Of a DNA stretch of 64,000 nucleotides, positions 1 to 10,524 are shown in pieces. A program made the translations under genes and the position numbers. Positions within the stretch are counted from its first letter, which is position 1; the number at the start of each line of letters is the position of its first letter. The notes below the pieces were generated by a model, which worked only from the letters and a program-made list of their open reading frames with translations, did no database searches and was not told the DNA's origin. The DNA comes from Alphaproteobacteria bacterium (GTDB lineage Bacteria > Pseudomonadota > Alphaproteobacteria > GCA-2746255): NCBI GenBank assembly GCA_965249135.1, contig OZ252220.1, positions 608,001 through 672,000 on the forward strand. The letters are read 5' to 3'.

Positions 1-1
1 G

Positions 2-358
2 TGCTGGGTCGCAGGCTTTTCCTTCGGCGCCTGGATCGGCATGCAGCTTCTGATGCGCCGGCCCGAGATTTCCGGATTCATTTCCATCGCACCGCCGGTC
101 AACCTCTTCGATTTCAACTTCCTGGCCCCCTGCCCGAAGTCCGGCCTGATCGTCCAGGGCCGGCAGGACGAGGTCGTCCCGGAGGAGGCCGTCGCCAAGC
201 TCGCCACCAAGCTGTCGAACCAAAGGGGGATCGAGATCGACTACCGGGTCATCCCGGCGGCCGATCATCTGTTCAGCAACAAGCTGGATCAACTCCTGAA
301 AAACGTCGAAAGCTACCTCGGCACCGCCCTCAAGGATCAGGACCTAGGCGCACAGTGA
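2..358 (+). CDS. alpha/beta hydrolase (5'-partial)
   Basis: Frame 2 is open from the window edge: CWVAGFSFGAWIGMQLLMRRPE (GxSxG nucleophile elbow) ... QGRQD ... ADHLF; usual neighbour of anmK in Alphaproteobacteria. Confidence 0.85.
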   Translation, partial: CWVAGFSFGAWIGMQLLMRRPEISGFISIAPPVNLFDFNFLAPCPKSGLIVQGRQDEVVPEEAVAKLATKLSNQRGIEIDYRVIPAADHLFSNKLDQLLKNVESYLGTALKDQDLGAQ

Positions 359-1425
359 AGGACGCCGCCCGGCATCGGGGCCCGGACCCCCGTCGTCGTC
401 GGCAAGCTCAAGGGCAGCCCCCGCAAGGAACGGACCGCGAGGAAGGCGAAGGCCTCCGCCTCCAGCGAATCCCCATCCCATCCCACGAATTCGACCGGCA
501 CGACCTCGGCATCGAGTTCGTGGCGGAGATCCGCCATCAGGACCGGATTTCGCCGGCCACCGCCGGTCACCAGCCAGCGCTCAACCGGCGAAGGGAAGTG
601 CCGCTCGGCGGCGAGCGCGACGGCGGCCGCCGTGAAGGCGGTGAGCGTTGCCGCCCCGTCCTCCGGCGAAAGCCCCTCGATCCGTTCGGTCGCAAAGGCG
701 TTCCGATCCAGCGACTTCGGCGGACACCGCCAGAAATAGGGATCCGCCAAGAGGTCATTGAGCGCCGCCTCGTCGACCTTGCCCTGCCTGGCAAGACGGC
801 CGCCGTGGTCGTAAGCGGCACCCATCCTCGTAGCAACCCAGTCATCGAGCAGCGCGTTGCCGGGCCCGGTATCGAAGGCAATCACGGCGCTGCCCTCCCC
901 GATCCAGGTGACGTTCGCAACCCCACCCAGATTCAAAACCGCCAGCGGGCGTTCGAGTCCGGCCGTGCGCGCCAGGTGATAAAGGGGTGCAAGGGGGGCG
1001 CCCTCGCCACCGGCGGCGACATCGGCCGAGCGGAAGTCGGAGACGACGTCGATCCCGGTTCGTTTCGCGAGCAACGCGCCATCGCCGATCTGGACGGTTC
1101 GCCGCCGCTTTGATTCGTGCAGGATCGTATGCCCGTGGAATCCGATGACGGCGACGTCGGAGGCCTCGAAGGCGGCCGTCTTGAGGAGGCTCTTTACCGC
1201 TTCTGCGTGCAATTCCGTTAGCTTGCGGGAAACTCCCCGGGTCCATCCCTTCCCGCCGAGCAGGCGTCTGAGCTTCTCGCGAAAAGCGGGATCGTAGGGC
1301 TTCGCGGCGGTAGGACCGATCTTTTCGATCCGTTCCCCATCCGTGCAAACAAGGGCGGCGTCGACTCCATCCATCGACGTGCCACTCATCAGTCCCAACG
1401 CCCAAACGGCTTCGAAATCTTCCAT
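337..1425 (-). CDS. anmK: anhydro-N-acetylmuramic acid kinase
   Basis: GLMSGTSMDGVD, GFHGHT, DFRSADVAAGGEGAPL, DTGPGN, EAEAFA motifs. Confidence 0.97.
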   Translation of the reverse strand: MEDFEAVWALGLMSGTSMDGVDAALVCTDGERIEKIGPTAAKPYDPAFREKLRRLLGGKGWTRGVSRKLTELHAEAVKSLLKTAAFEASDVAVIGFHGHTILHESKRRRTVQIGDGALLAKRTGIDVVSDFRSADVAAGGEGAPLAPLYHLARTAGLERPLAVLNLGGVANVTWIGEGSAVIAFDTGPGNALLDDWVATRMGAAYDHGGRLARQGKVDEAALNDLLADPYFWRCPPKSLDRNAFATERIEGLSPEDGAATLTAFTAAAVALAAERHFPSPVERWLVTGGGRRNPVLMADLRHELDAEVVPVEFVGWDGDSLEAEAFAFLAVRSLRGLPLSLPTTTGVRAPMPGGVLHCAPRS

Positions 1426-1538
1426 GAGGACCGATCATGGCCGTTCCATTGTCCGGCCAGCAATGATCGTGTTAAATCACCACACGCCCGGCAATGAGCA
1501 CCCCCTCACTTTCTTGTGTCAAGGGGAAGCAAAAGCAA

Positions 1539-2801
1539 ATGACGACAAGCCAGCACCGTTCCGATTTTCTTGTGAATGCCGAGAGCCGCGGCTTCATGCA
1601 TCAATGCACGGATCTGGAAGGGCTCGACGACATCCTTCGGACGAAGGCACCCGTGAAGGGCTATATCGGCTTCGATTGCACGGCCGACAGCCTTCACGTT
1701 GGAAGTCTGGTGCCGATCATGCTGCTGCGCTGGTTTCAAAAGACAGGAAACAAGCCGATCGTGCTGTTGGGCGGCGGCACGTCGAAGGTGGGCGATCCTT
1801 CCGGCAAGGAAGAAACCCGCCAATTATTGAGCAAGAAGGAGATCAAGAAGAACCTGAAAGGGATCCGCACGGTCTTCGAAAAATTTCTTACCTTCGGCAA
1901 AGGGCCGACGGACGCCGTCTTCATCGACAATGACGCGTGGCTCGATGGCCTTCACTACATCGACTTCCTTCGGGAATATGGAAGCCATTTTTCCGTCAAT
2001 CGCATGCTGAGTTTCGATTCGGTCAAACTCCGATTGGAACGCGAGCATCCTTTAAGCTTTCTCGAATTCAACTACATGATCCTGCAGGCCTATGACTTTC
2101 TCGAGCTGGCGCGCCGTCACGATTGCCAGCTTCAGATGGGCGGCTCGGACCAGTGGGGCAACATCGTGAACGGGATCGAACTGGGCCGGCGGATCGAAGG
2201 CCGTGAACTTTTCGGGTTCACCTCGCCGCTGATCACGACGAGCTCGGGCGCGAAGATGGGAAAGACGGTCAAGGGCAGCGTCTGGCTGGATGCGAAGAAG
2301 CTCTCGCCTTATGACTACTGGCAGTACTGGCGAAACACGGAGGATGGGGATGTGGGGCGGTTTCTGCGTCTGTTTACCGATCTTTCCATCGAAGAGATCG
2401 CGCGCCTTGAATCGCTCGAGGGAAGCGAGTTGAACGCGGCGAAGAAAGTGCTCGCGGATGCGGCCACCGCGTTCTGCCATGGAGAAAAAGAGGCGGGCAT
2501 GGCTGCGAAAACGGCACATGAAACCTTTGAGGCAGGCGTGGTGGCGGAAGGGCTTCCTACCATCCAGCTTCCGCGCGCCGAACTCGAGGCGGGCATTCTG
2601 GCCTTCGAGCTTTTCTGCCGCGCCGGCCTCGCCACCAGCAACGCCGAGGCCCGCCGCCTCATCCGCGGCGGCGGCGCACGAGTAAACGGCACCATACCGG
2701 CGGAAGAGACCACCCCGATCAGCACGAATGATCTCGATGCGGACGGCGTCATCAAGCTAAGCGCCGGCAAGAAACGCCACGCACTCATCCGGGTCGGCTG
2801 A
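1539..2801 (+). CDS. tyrS: tyrosine--tRNA ligase
   Basis: [15 protein letters not shown] (HIGH), [15 protein letters not shown] (KMSKS), C-terminal S4 domain; start set at ATG 1539. Confidence 0.98.
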   Translation: MTTSQHRSDFLVNAESRGFMHQCTDLEGLDDILRTKAPVKGYIGFDCTADSLHVGSLVPIMLLRWFQKTGNKPIVLLGGGTSKVGDPSGKEETRQLLSKKEIKKNLKGIRTVFEKFLTFGKGPTDAVFIDNDAWLDGLHYIDFLREYGSHFSVNRMLSFDSVKLRLEREHPLSFLEFNYMILQAYDFLELARRHDCQLQMGGSDQWGNIVNGIELGRRIEGRELFGFTSPLITTSSGAKMGKTVKGSVWLDAKKLSPYDYWQYWRNTEDGDVGRFLRLFTDLSIEEIARLESLEGSELNAAKKVLADAATAFCHGEKEAGMAAKTAHETFEAGVVAEGLPTIQLPRAELEAGILAFELFCRAGLATSNAEARRLIRGGGARVNGTIPAEETTPISTNDLDADGVIKLSAGKKRHALIRVG

Positions 2802-2805
2802 AGCC

Positions 2806-5800
2806 TTAAGGTTTCGGCGACTCAACGCCCGACGGCTTGGCTTCGGTATCCTTCTCGAACACGTCGAAGAAGTTGCGGAGGAAGCCCGGGGTAAACGCCG
2901 ATAGCGGATTAACGGAAACGTCGGGGTCGTCCCTCGGTCCCTCGGCCTTGTAGCTCATGGCGAACACGCCCTCCCCCTCACCGCCCACCAGAATCTCTCC
3001 GATCAGGGGGACCTTCCCAAGCGCGCGGTTGATCGTGTAGGCGGGGATCACCGTGCCGTGGAGGTCCACCGTCTCTTTTACGTTATCGATCTTTCCTTCG
3101 AAGGTGATGCCGAGAGAGGAACCGAAGGCCCTGCCTTTCCCGATCGTGATCTCGGATTCCGTGATCGTGAAAGGGACATCCAACCGCTTAAATTCGACGC
3201 CCTTGCCTTGCAAAAGATCTAGGATGCCGGTGAGCGAGGCGACGGCAAGCACCTTGGCAAGTACCGGCGCGTCGATCGCACGGAAGTCTTTCATCTTGAT
3301 CCGCCCGCGAAGGGGAATGTCCGGTTCCTCATCGTCGTGAAAGGTGCCCGAAATGACGAGTTCGCCGCCATGCAGGTTACGTAGCAAATCCATGGATTCC
3401 AGGACGGCCCCGCCGGCATTCGACGTCAATACCAGTTTCCGAATCTTTCCTTCCGGCTTCACGATCAGTTTCATGGTTCCGCGTTTCTCGAAATCGCCAT
3501 CCAGAAGAATCGAGACCCAGCGTTTTCCATCGTGCTCCATGGAGCCCACCAGCCGGTCGATTCGCCCCTCAGGCTCGGAGCCAAGCCGAACATGATCCAC
3601 GGCAAGCGCAAGCTTGAGCGGCGGCAACTCGACGCCTGACTTCTCTCCGATCAAAAGCTTCTCCGCATTAAACCCGCGGCCGACAAGATTGACATCAAAC
3701 CGTCCGTCCGGCCCGCGTGTCGCCTTTCCCTCGATATCGGTGATACCAAACTTCAGGCGTTCGAAGCGCACCCATTCGAGCGTTTCCCCATCCGAAGCGA
3801 ATTGTGCCGCCCCCTTTACCTCCATATCCTCGGCCGTGACCTCCAGCTTTCGAATGCGCCGGATCTTTCCTTTCTCAAAGTCGATGCGCAAGTTTCCTTT
3901 TCCGGAGGCACCCGCCGGTTTCGACCATTCGAAGCCGGGCATGTGAATCCCGGCATCGGCAAGATCAAGAGCAATCGCCAGCGTTCCTTCGCCATCCCTG
4001 CTCGTATAGACGAGGTCCACATCCGTCGGCCCGGAAAGAAAGGGCTCGCCGCTGAACCCAAACGTTTTACGCTGCCCATCGTCCATCCGGGCTTTCAGGG
4101 TGTAACGGCTTTGGAAATCCGCCTTCTCGGAAAAGTTCTCCTGCCATGACACTTCGGCCGATAGCCCGCCCATCTCGGCCGGGCCCTCCATGGAAAGAAG
4201 CAATCCCTCGAGCTTCATGCGAAGCTCCCCCTTCGCAAGATCGACGCCGGGCAACGCTTCCTTGAAGGAGGTCTTTCGCAAGCTGGCCTCGGCTGCGACC
4301 TCGAGGTGCTCGAGACTCAGGTCTTCCAGCAAAGGAAAATCGATAAGAAGACGGATCGTCGCCTCGCCTTCGAAGCGATCCGGTGAGAGACCGATTTTCT
4401 CAAGATAGCGAAGCTTCGGATGGTCGAGCATTTCAAGGGCACGCCGGACGGGCGCTTCGATGTTGAGATCGACCCGCGCATGCTCGTTATCCCCCTCGAG
4501 GCCATGGAGACGGACGGTGCCGGACGCGATGGTAAGCCCTTCGTGCTTGCCCTCCGTCACCGTGAATTCGACCTTGCCCGTATCGAAGGTGGCCGTGCCG
4601 TCGACACCGGTGACGGGCGGGAAGTCATCCGCGTATTCAACGTCAAGGTCGTAGAATTTTAACGTGCCGTTGATCGACGTGATTTCGACAGAAGGCTTGT
4701 TTTTAAGATCAACCACGGCAGAAAAAACGGCGCTCGTCTCTGAAATTCCGCCATAGGAAAGCTGTTCGTCCATCCACTCCCGTGTGTCGCCAGAAGCGTC
4801 ACGCGGCCAATATTTTGGCAACTTGTCGATCGGCATGTCGCGGATCTCGATGTCCCCGTTCAACAGAAGCTTGTCCTCGGCACGCGCTTCGCGCACGGCA
4901 ACCTTGAGCGTGGGGCCGCCAAGGTTGACGAAAAACTCCTCGATGCTGAACCGCGTTAGCCGGGCACCAATCATGCCCCGCAACGCGGCATGGGTAATGT
5001 CCACGGCCTCGTCGTAGACGCCCGGAATGACCACCTGTCCTTCCCCACTCGTAAGATCGAAATTCGCCTCCTCCAACGTTCCATCCAGAAGAAGCGCCAA
5101 TGCGACCGTGCCGCTTACCGGAATCTTCAAACCCGCGATCTGGTCGAAGGGCGCGGTCGCACTGGCGAACATAGCCGGCTCGACCTCGTGGAAATCGACG
5201 CCGAGGCGAATTTTTTCCGCCGCGTAGCGACGGCTGATTTCGCCCGTGAAGCGGGCGTGCTTTTCGTGGAGTTCCAGCTCGACCGCGTAATCGCCGGAAA
5301 CTTCCTCGTCGTCCCGAAAGAGGTGCAGATCCAGCCGAGGAAACCGCCAGGAAACTTCCATTTGCTGATCGTCGATCGTGACGTCCGCGCCAACCAGCCG
5401 GATCTCCGTGACATAGCCAAGGGGATGCTTCGGATCCGGCGCCTCGAACAGGCCGGCAAAAAATCCTCCGAGCACCGCACCGTCGGCCTCGGCTTCGCCG
5501 ATCCGCGCCTTGATCGGACCTTCCTGGTGCCGCAGCAGATGGATGCGCGGGCTGTGCACGCCGATCTCGCTCGGTGCCAACGTGCCGCCGAGCGCGGCGG
5601 GAATGCTGAGCCCCATCGTGATTTCCGGAACCTCACCGATGACGGCCCCTTCCCCATCCGTTACCCGGACACGCGTCACGGCAATACCCAGGCCTTCCAC
5701 GACACCTTCCCAGGTCAGCACCACCCCTTCCAGCCGCACCCGGTAGGAACCATCCTTCGCACTGAAGGCGGTCTCGAGATCGTCTTTTAGAAAATTCAGT

Positions 5801-5910
5801 GGGATCGGCCCGATCGAAAGGCGCAGGCTCAAGGCCAGCGCCGCGACAAACAAGACGAAAGCCGCCAAGCCAAGTATCTTGAACAATATTTGCGAAGTCC
5901 GGGGAATCAC
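2806..5910 (-). CDS. AsmA-like/YhdP family (DUF3971) envelope lipid-bridge protein
   Basis: N-terminal TM anchor, long beta-rich body, C-terminal GTVIPAYTIN...VPLIG...VNPLSAFTPGFLR; start GTG 5910 inferred. Confidence 0.85.
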   Translation of the reverse strand: MIPRTSQILFKILGLAAFVLFVAALALSLRLSIGPIPLNFLKDDLETAFSAKDGSYRVRLEGVVLTWEGVVEGLGIAVTRVRVTDGEGAVIGEVPEITMGLSIPAALGGTLAPSEIGVHSPRIHLLRHQEGPIKARIGEAEADGAVLGGFFAGLFEAPDPKHPLGYVTEIRLVGADVTIDDQQMEVSWRFPRLDLHLFRDDEEVSGDYAVELELHEKHARFTGEISRRYAAEKIRLGVDFHEVEPAMFASATAPFDQIAGLKIPVSGTVALALLLDGTLEEANFDLTSGEGQVVIPGVYDEAVDITHAALRGMIGARLTRFSIEEFFVNLGGPTLKVAVREARAEDKLLLNGDIEIRDMPIDKLPKYWPRDASGDTREWMDEQLSYGGISETSAVFSAVVDLKNKPSVEITSINGTLKFYDLDVEYADDFPPVTGVDGTATFDTGKVEFTVTEGKHEGLTIASGTVRLHGLEGDNEHARVDLNIEAPVRRALEMLDHPKLRYLEKIGLSPDRFEGEATIRLLIDFPLLEDLSLEHLEVAAEASLRKTSFKEALPGVDLAKGELRMKLEGLLLSMEGPAEMGGLSAEVSWQENFSEKADFQSRYTLKARMDDGQRKTFGFSGEPFLSGPTDVDLVYTSRDGEGTLAIALDLADAGIHMPGFEWSKPAGASGKGNLRIDFEKGKIRRIRKLEVTAEDMEVKGAAQFASDGETLEWVRFERLKFGITDIEGKATRGPDGRFDVNLVGRGFNAEKLLIGEKSGVELPPLKLALAVDHVRLGSEPEGRIDRLVGSMEHDGKRWVSILLDGDFEKRGTMKLIVKPEGKIRKLVLTSNAGGAVLESMDLLRNLHGGELVISGTFHDDEEPDIPLRGRIKMKDFRAIDAPVLAKVLAVASLTGILDLLQGKGVEFKRLDVPFTITESEITIGKGRAFGSSLGITFEGKIDNVKETVDLHGTVIPAYTINRALGKVPLIGEILVGGEGEGVFAMSYKAEGPRDDPDVSVNPLSAFTPGFLRNFFDVFEKDTEAKPSGVESPKP

Positions 5911-5956
5911 GCGGATCTCATGTCGGAAATTCCGAGGCAAAAAGCGGGTAAAAGGT

Positions 5957-8929
5957 ATGCGGCAACCGCCCCTCTTGTCCAATCCTGATGCCTGGCCGCA
6001 CCCGGCGAATGCCGACCGCGCGGCGCTGGGGCGCGAGCACTGGCTCGAGCGGGGCAAGCGCGAGGCGGACGACACGCTGAAGGCCTTCGCCAAGGAATTC
6101 GTGGGCACGCCGGCCGGCGTGACGGTTCTCGATGCCGTCTTCGGAAACAGCCCCTATCTCGGGGACTGCCTCTTGAAGGAAATGACCTTCTTCCGCGACC
6201 TCCTCATGGCGGGCCCGGAAGCGATGGCGGGCACCTTGCGGGACCGTTTGTTTGAGAAGGCGGCCGCCGCCCTCGACGGCGTGGCCCTGAAACGCCTGCT
6301 CCGCGAAACGAAGCGCCAATCGGCATTGCTGATCGCCCTTGCCGACATCGTCGGGCTGTGGACGGTTGAAGAAGTCATGGACGCCTTAAGCGACTTCGCC
6401 GACGCGTCCCTCGCCGTGACGGTCGACCACCTTCTCTACCGCGCGGCGGAAGATGGCGCCCTCGCACCACCCGATCCCATGAGGCCTTCCCTCGATTCCG
6501 GTTTCATCGTGCTTGCCATGGGGAAATTGGGTGCGCACGAATTGAACTACTCGAGCGACGTGGATCTGATCGTTCTCTATGACACAGACCGCATGCACTA
6601 CTGTGGCGATCAGGACGCCCAACGCTTCTTTGAACGCTTAACGCGCGCGCTCATCGCAATTCTCGAGGATCGAACCCCGGACGGCTATGCGTTTCGGACG
6701 GACTTGCGCCTTCGTCCGGATCCGGGCGCAACACCGGTGGCGCTTTCCGTCGTGGCCGCCGAAACCTACTATGAAAGCACCGGTCAGAACTGGGAACGCG
6801 CAGCCTTCATCAAGGCCCGGCCGGTGGCCGGCGATCTCAAGGCGGGTGACGCCTTCCTCGGCGCCTTACGCCCCTTCCTGTGGCGAAAGTCTCTCGATTT
6901 TGCTTCCATTCAGGACATCCATTCCATCAAACGGCAAATCGAATCCCACCGCGGCGGTCATAGGATTGCCGTCGCAGGCCACAACGTGAAACTTGGCCGC
7001 GGGGGCATCCGCGAAATCGAACTCTTCACCCAAACCCAGCAGTTGATCTGGGGTGGCCGCATACCGGAACTGCGCCTGCGCAAGACTTGCGATGCCCTTC
7101 GCGCACTGGTCAAGGCCGGGCGTATCCGTGAAGCAGTCGCCGACGAACTGATCAAAAGCTATCGTTACTTAAGGCGCGTCGAGCACCGCCTGCAGATGAT
7201 CGAGGACAAGCAGACCCACACTCTTCCAGACGAAGCCGGCGAGCTCGAGGCGTTTGCCACCTTTCTCGGATACGCGAACAAGGCCGCGTTCGAAGCCGAA
7301 ATTCGCGAACATCTCGGCCGGGTCGTCCGCCATTCCAGCGAACTTTTCGAAGAAGCGCCGGCCCTTGGCGCGGCAGAGGGCAAGCTCGTCTTCACCGGCG
7401 GCGAAGACGATCCGGAAACCTTGAAGACCTTGGAAAAAATGGGTTTTCGAGACACTTCCAACGTCGCCTCCGTGATCCGCGGGTGGCACCATGGCCGCAC
7501 CCGCGCGACCCGTGCCGAGCGGACGCGCCAAATCCTCACCGAATTGATGCCGACCCTGCTCCGAGCCTTCACCAAGACGGTCAACCCGAACGCCGCCTTC
7601 ATGAAGTTCGATGAGTTCCTTTCGAAACTGCCGACAGGCGTCCAGCTCTTCTCACTTTTCCAGGCAAACCCGCCGCTGCTTGATCTCGTCGCCGAAATCA
7701 TGGGCAGTACGCCGAGTCTCGCCGATAGCTTGAGCCGCAACCCGATCATTCTGGACGCCGTTCTGACGGCGGATTTCTTCGCCCCCCCACCGCCCAGGCA
7801 AGCGATGGCGAAGGAACTTGCCCATGCCCTCAGTGAGGCCCGGGACTTCCAGGACGTGCTGGACATCTCGCGGCGGTGGGCGAACGATTGGAAATTCCGG
7901 ATCGGCGTTCAGGTGCTGCGCAATCGCCTGCCCTCGGACGATGCGGGAAAGCCGCTTTCGGATATTGCGGAGACCCTCGTCACCACCTTGCTCGCCCATG
8001 TCGAGAAGGACTTCCGCGTACGGCATGGCGGGTTTGCGCAAGGCGGCCTGGTCATCGTCGCGATGGGGAAACTCGGCGGGCGCGAGCTTACCTTCCAGTC
8101 CGATCTTGACCTCATCTTCGTCTACGACGTGCCGGAAGGCGTTGAGACGTCGGATGGTGAGCGGCCGCTTTCGCCAAGTCACTACTTCGCGCGGTTGGGC
8201 CAAGCGTTGAACAGCGCGCTTACCTCGCTCACGGCAGAGGGAAAACTCTATGACGTCGACACCCGCCTTCGGCCTTCCGGCGACGCCGGGCCGATCGCAA
8301 CCTCGCTTGCCGCCTATCGGGAATATTTTCGCGACGCCGCCTGGACCTGGGAACGTCAAGCCCTGATCCGGGCGCGAACGCTCGCCGGCCCGCTCGCTTT
8401 ACGCGAGGCAACGGAAGCGGCCATCGCGCAAGCGCTCGACCGGCCGATCGCGCCCGCCACCCTGGTCCGTGACGTGGCCCAGATGCGCGCGCGCATCGCT
8501 TCAAAGCGGCCGGGAAAGAACTGCTGGGACATCAAGAACCGCCCGGGTGGGCTGATCGACGTCGAGTTCTTTTGTCAGTACCTGGTGCTGGCAAATCTGG
8601 CCGATCATCCGGAGATTCGTGACACGAACACCCATGCGACGCTCGAACGCATGGGCGAGAGTGGATTGCTGGCAGCGGAAGAGATCGACACGCTGATTGC
8701 CGCCTCGATGTTCTGGCATCGCGTGCTTGGGCTGTTGCGTCTTTCCTTCGAAGGTCCGTTCGAGGAGGCCGACATCCCGGAAGGCTTGAGGCAGGCGCTG
8801 GTCCGTGCGACGGAATGCGAGGATTTCGAGGATCTGAAGGTCCGCATCGCGAACACGGCGAAAAGCGTTGCGCGCATCTTCAAAAACCGGATAACGAACC
8901 CGGCGGAGGAAACGTCCGATGGCACTTAA
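5957..8929 (+). CDS. glnE: glutamine synthetase adenylyltransferase/adenylyl-removing enzyme
   Basis: Two nucleotidyltransferase repeats (MGKLGAHELNYSSDVDL; MGKLGGRELTFQSDLDL), DLRLRP, GGIREIE. Confidence 0.97.
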   Translation: MRQPPLLSNPDAWPHPANADRAALGREHWLERGKREADDTLKAFAKEFVGTPAGVTVLDAVFGNSPYLGDCLLKEMTFFRDLLMAGPEAMAGTLRDRLFEKAAAALDGVALKRLLRETKRQSALLIALADIVGLWTVEEVMDALSDFADASLAVTVDHLLYRAAEDGALAPPDPMRPSLDSGFIVLAMGKLGAHELNYSSDVDLIVLYDTDRMHYCGDQDAQRFFERLTRALIAILEDRTPDGYAFRTDLRLRPDPGATPVALSVVAAETYYESTGQNWERAAFIKARPVAGDLKAGDAFLGALRPFLWRKSLDFASIQDIHSIKRQIESHRGGHRIAVAGHNVKLGRGGIREIELFTQTQQLIWGGRIPELRLRKTCDALRALVKAGRIREAVADELIKSYRYLRRVEHRLQMIEDKQTHTLPDEAGELEAFATFLGYANKAAFEAEIREHLGRVVRHSSELFEEAPALGAAEGKLVFTGGEDDPETLKTLEKMGFRDTSNVASVIRGWHHGRTRATRAERTRQILTELMPTLLRAFTKTVNPNAAFMKFDEFLSKLPTGVQLFSLFQANPPLLDLVAEIMGSTPSLADSLSRNPIILDAVLTADFFAPPPPRQAMAKELAHALSEARDFQDVLDISRRWANDWKFRIGVQVLRNRLPSDDAGKPLSDIAETLVTTLLAHVEKDFRVRHGGFAQGGLVIVAMGKLGGRELTFQSDLDLIFVYDVPEGVETSDGERPLSPSHYFARLGQALNSALTSLTAEGKLYDVDTRLRPSGDAGPIATSLAAYREYFRDAAWTWERQALIRARTLAGPLALREATEAAIAQALDRPIAPATLVRDVAQMRARIASKRPGKNCWDIKNRPGGLIDVEFFCQYLVLANLADHPEIRDTNTHATLERMGESGLLAAEEIDTLIAASMFWHRVLGLLRLSFEGPFEEADIPEGLRQALVRATECEDFEDLKVRIANTAKSVARIFKNRITNPAEETSDGT

Positions 8930-9383
8930 ACAAGGCGACAAGGCCCCCGATTTCACGCTGTCCACCGATGACGGCGGCAAGCTCTCGCTCAAAAAACTCC
9001 GCGGCAAGAAGGTCGTTCTTTATTTCTATCCAAAGGATTTGACGCCGGGCTGCACGAAGGAGGCGTGTGGGTTTCGCGATTCTTATGCCGCGTTGAAGCG
9101 AAAGAATGTCGAGGTCATCGGGGTTTCGAAGGACAGCGTCGAACACCACGCCAAGTTCAAGGAGAAATATGACCTTCCCTTCCCGCTCGTCTCGGACGAG
9201 AAGGGCGAGGTCATCGAGGCCTACGGCGTGTGGAAGAAGAAAAGTCTCTATGGGCGAAGCTTCTTAGGCATCGAGCGCGCGACCTTCCTCATCGACGAAA
9301 AGGGCATCCTGCGCAAGCTTTGGCGAAAGGTGAAGGTGGGCGGCCACATCGAAGAGGTGGAAGCAGCCCTCAACGCGCTTTAG
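8919..9383 (+). CDS. bcp: thioredoxin-dependent thiol peroxidase (BCP)
   Basis: [20 protein letters not shown] peroxidatic motif. Confidence 0.95.
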   Translation: MALKQGDKAPDFTLSTDDGGKLSLKKLRGKKVVLYFYPKDLTPGCTKEACGFRDSYAALKRKNVEVIGVSKDSVEHHAKFKEKYDLPFPLVSDEKGEVIEAYGVWKKKSLYGRSFLGIERATFLIDEKGILRKLWRKVKVGGHIEEVEAALNAL

Positions 9384-10490
9384 CCCCCCTCGCCGCCGAC
9401 GCGCTGGGCCAATGAGGCGGTCAGGAACGGATCAAGAGCGCCGTCAAGCACGCCCGGCGCGTTCCCGGTTTCGACCCCGGTGCGCAGGTCCTTCACCATC
9501 TGATAGGGGTGCAGCACGTAGGACCGGATCTGATGCCCCCATCCGATCTCCGTCTTCTCCGCTTCCTTCGCTTTCGCCTGTTCCTCGCGTTTCTTGAGTT
9601 CCAGTTCATAAAGCCGCGCGCGCAGCATGTTCATCGCCTCCGAACGGTTGCGGTGCTGGGAACGGTTCGACTGGCACTGGACGGCGATGCCGCTCGGCAG
9701 GTGGGTGATGCGCACGGCGCTGTCCGTCTTGTTGACGTGTTGGCCGCCGGCGCCGGAGGCGCGGTAGGTGTCGACGCGAAGGTCCTTGTCCGGGACCTCC
9801 ACTTCGATCGATTCGTCGATCACCGGATAGACCCAGACGGACGCGAAGCTCGTATGACGCCGCGCACTTGCATCGAAAGGCGAGATGCGCACCAGCCGGT
9901 GCACGCCGCTTTCCGTCTTCAGCCAGCCAAACGCGTTCGGCCCCATGATGCGGACGGTTGCGGATTTGATCCCCGCCTCCTCGCCCGGGCTTTCTTCCAG
10001 CCATTCGGTCTTGAAATCGTGCTGCTCGGCCCACCGCATATACATACGAAGCAGCATCTCCGCCCAATCCTGGGATTCGGTGCCACCGGCGCCGGCGTGC
10101 ACCTCGAGGAAGCAATCGTTGCCGTCCGCCTCGCCCGAGAGCAGGCTCTCGAGCTCGAGTTTGGCGGCGCGAGAGCGAAGCGCGCCAAGGGCCGCCTCGG
10201 CTTCCGCGACGACTTCCTGGTCGCCCTCCGCCTCGCCGAGCGCAATCAGCTCGAGGTGATCGGAAAGCTCGCCTTCGATTTCGCGGCAGGCATTGATCGC
10301 GGCCTCGAGCTGCGTGCGCTCTTTTAGAATTCGTTGGGCTTCCTCCGGCTTGTCCCAAAGCGCCGGGTTTTCGGCTTCCCGGGTCAGCGTCTCCAAGCGT
10401 TTGAGGGCGTTTTCCCAGTCAAAGATGCCTCCTCAGCAGCTCGAGCGACTGCCGGATCGTTTCCGCCACGGTTTCTATCTCGGCGCGCAT
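9380..10490 (-). CDS. prfB: peptide chain release factor 2 (programmed +1 frameshift)
   Basis: SPF and GGQ motifs; 5' segment [23 protein letters not shown] joins the main ORF at CTT-TGA-C. Confidence 0.98.
10418..10433 (-). other. prfB +1 ribosomal frameshift cassette
   Basis: Minus strand reads AGGAGG CAT CTT TGA C: internal SD, then slippery CTT-TGA-C. Confidence 0.95.
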
Positions 10491-10524
10491 GGTCGTAAGG
10501 GCCCCTCGTTGGTTTCTTGAAGAA

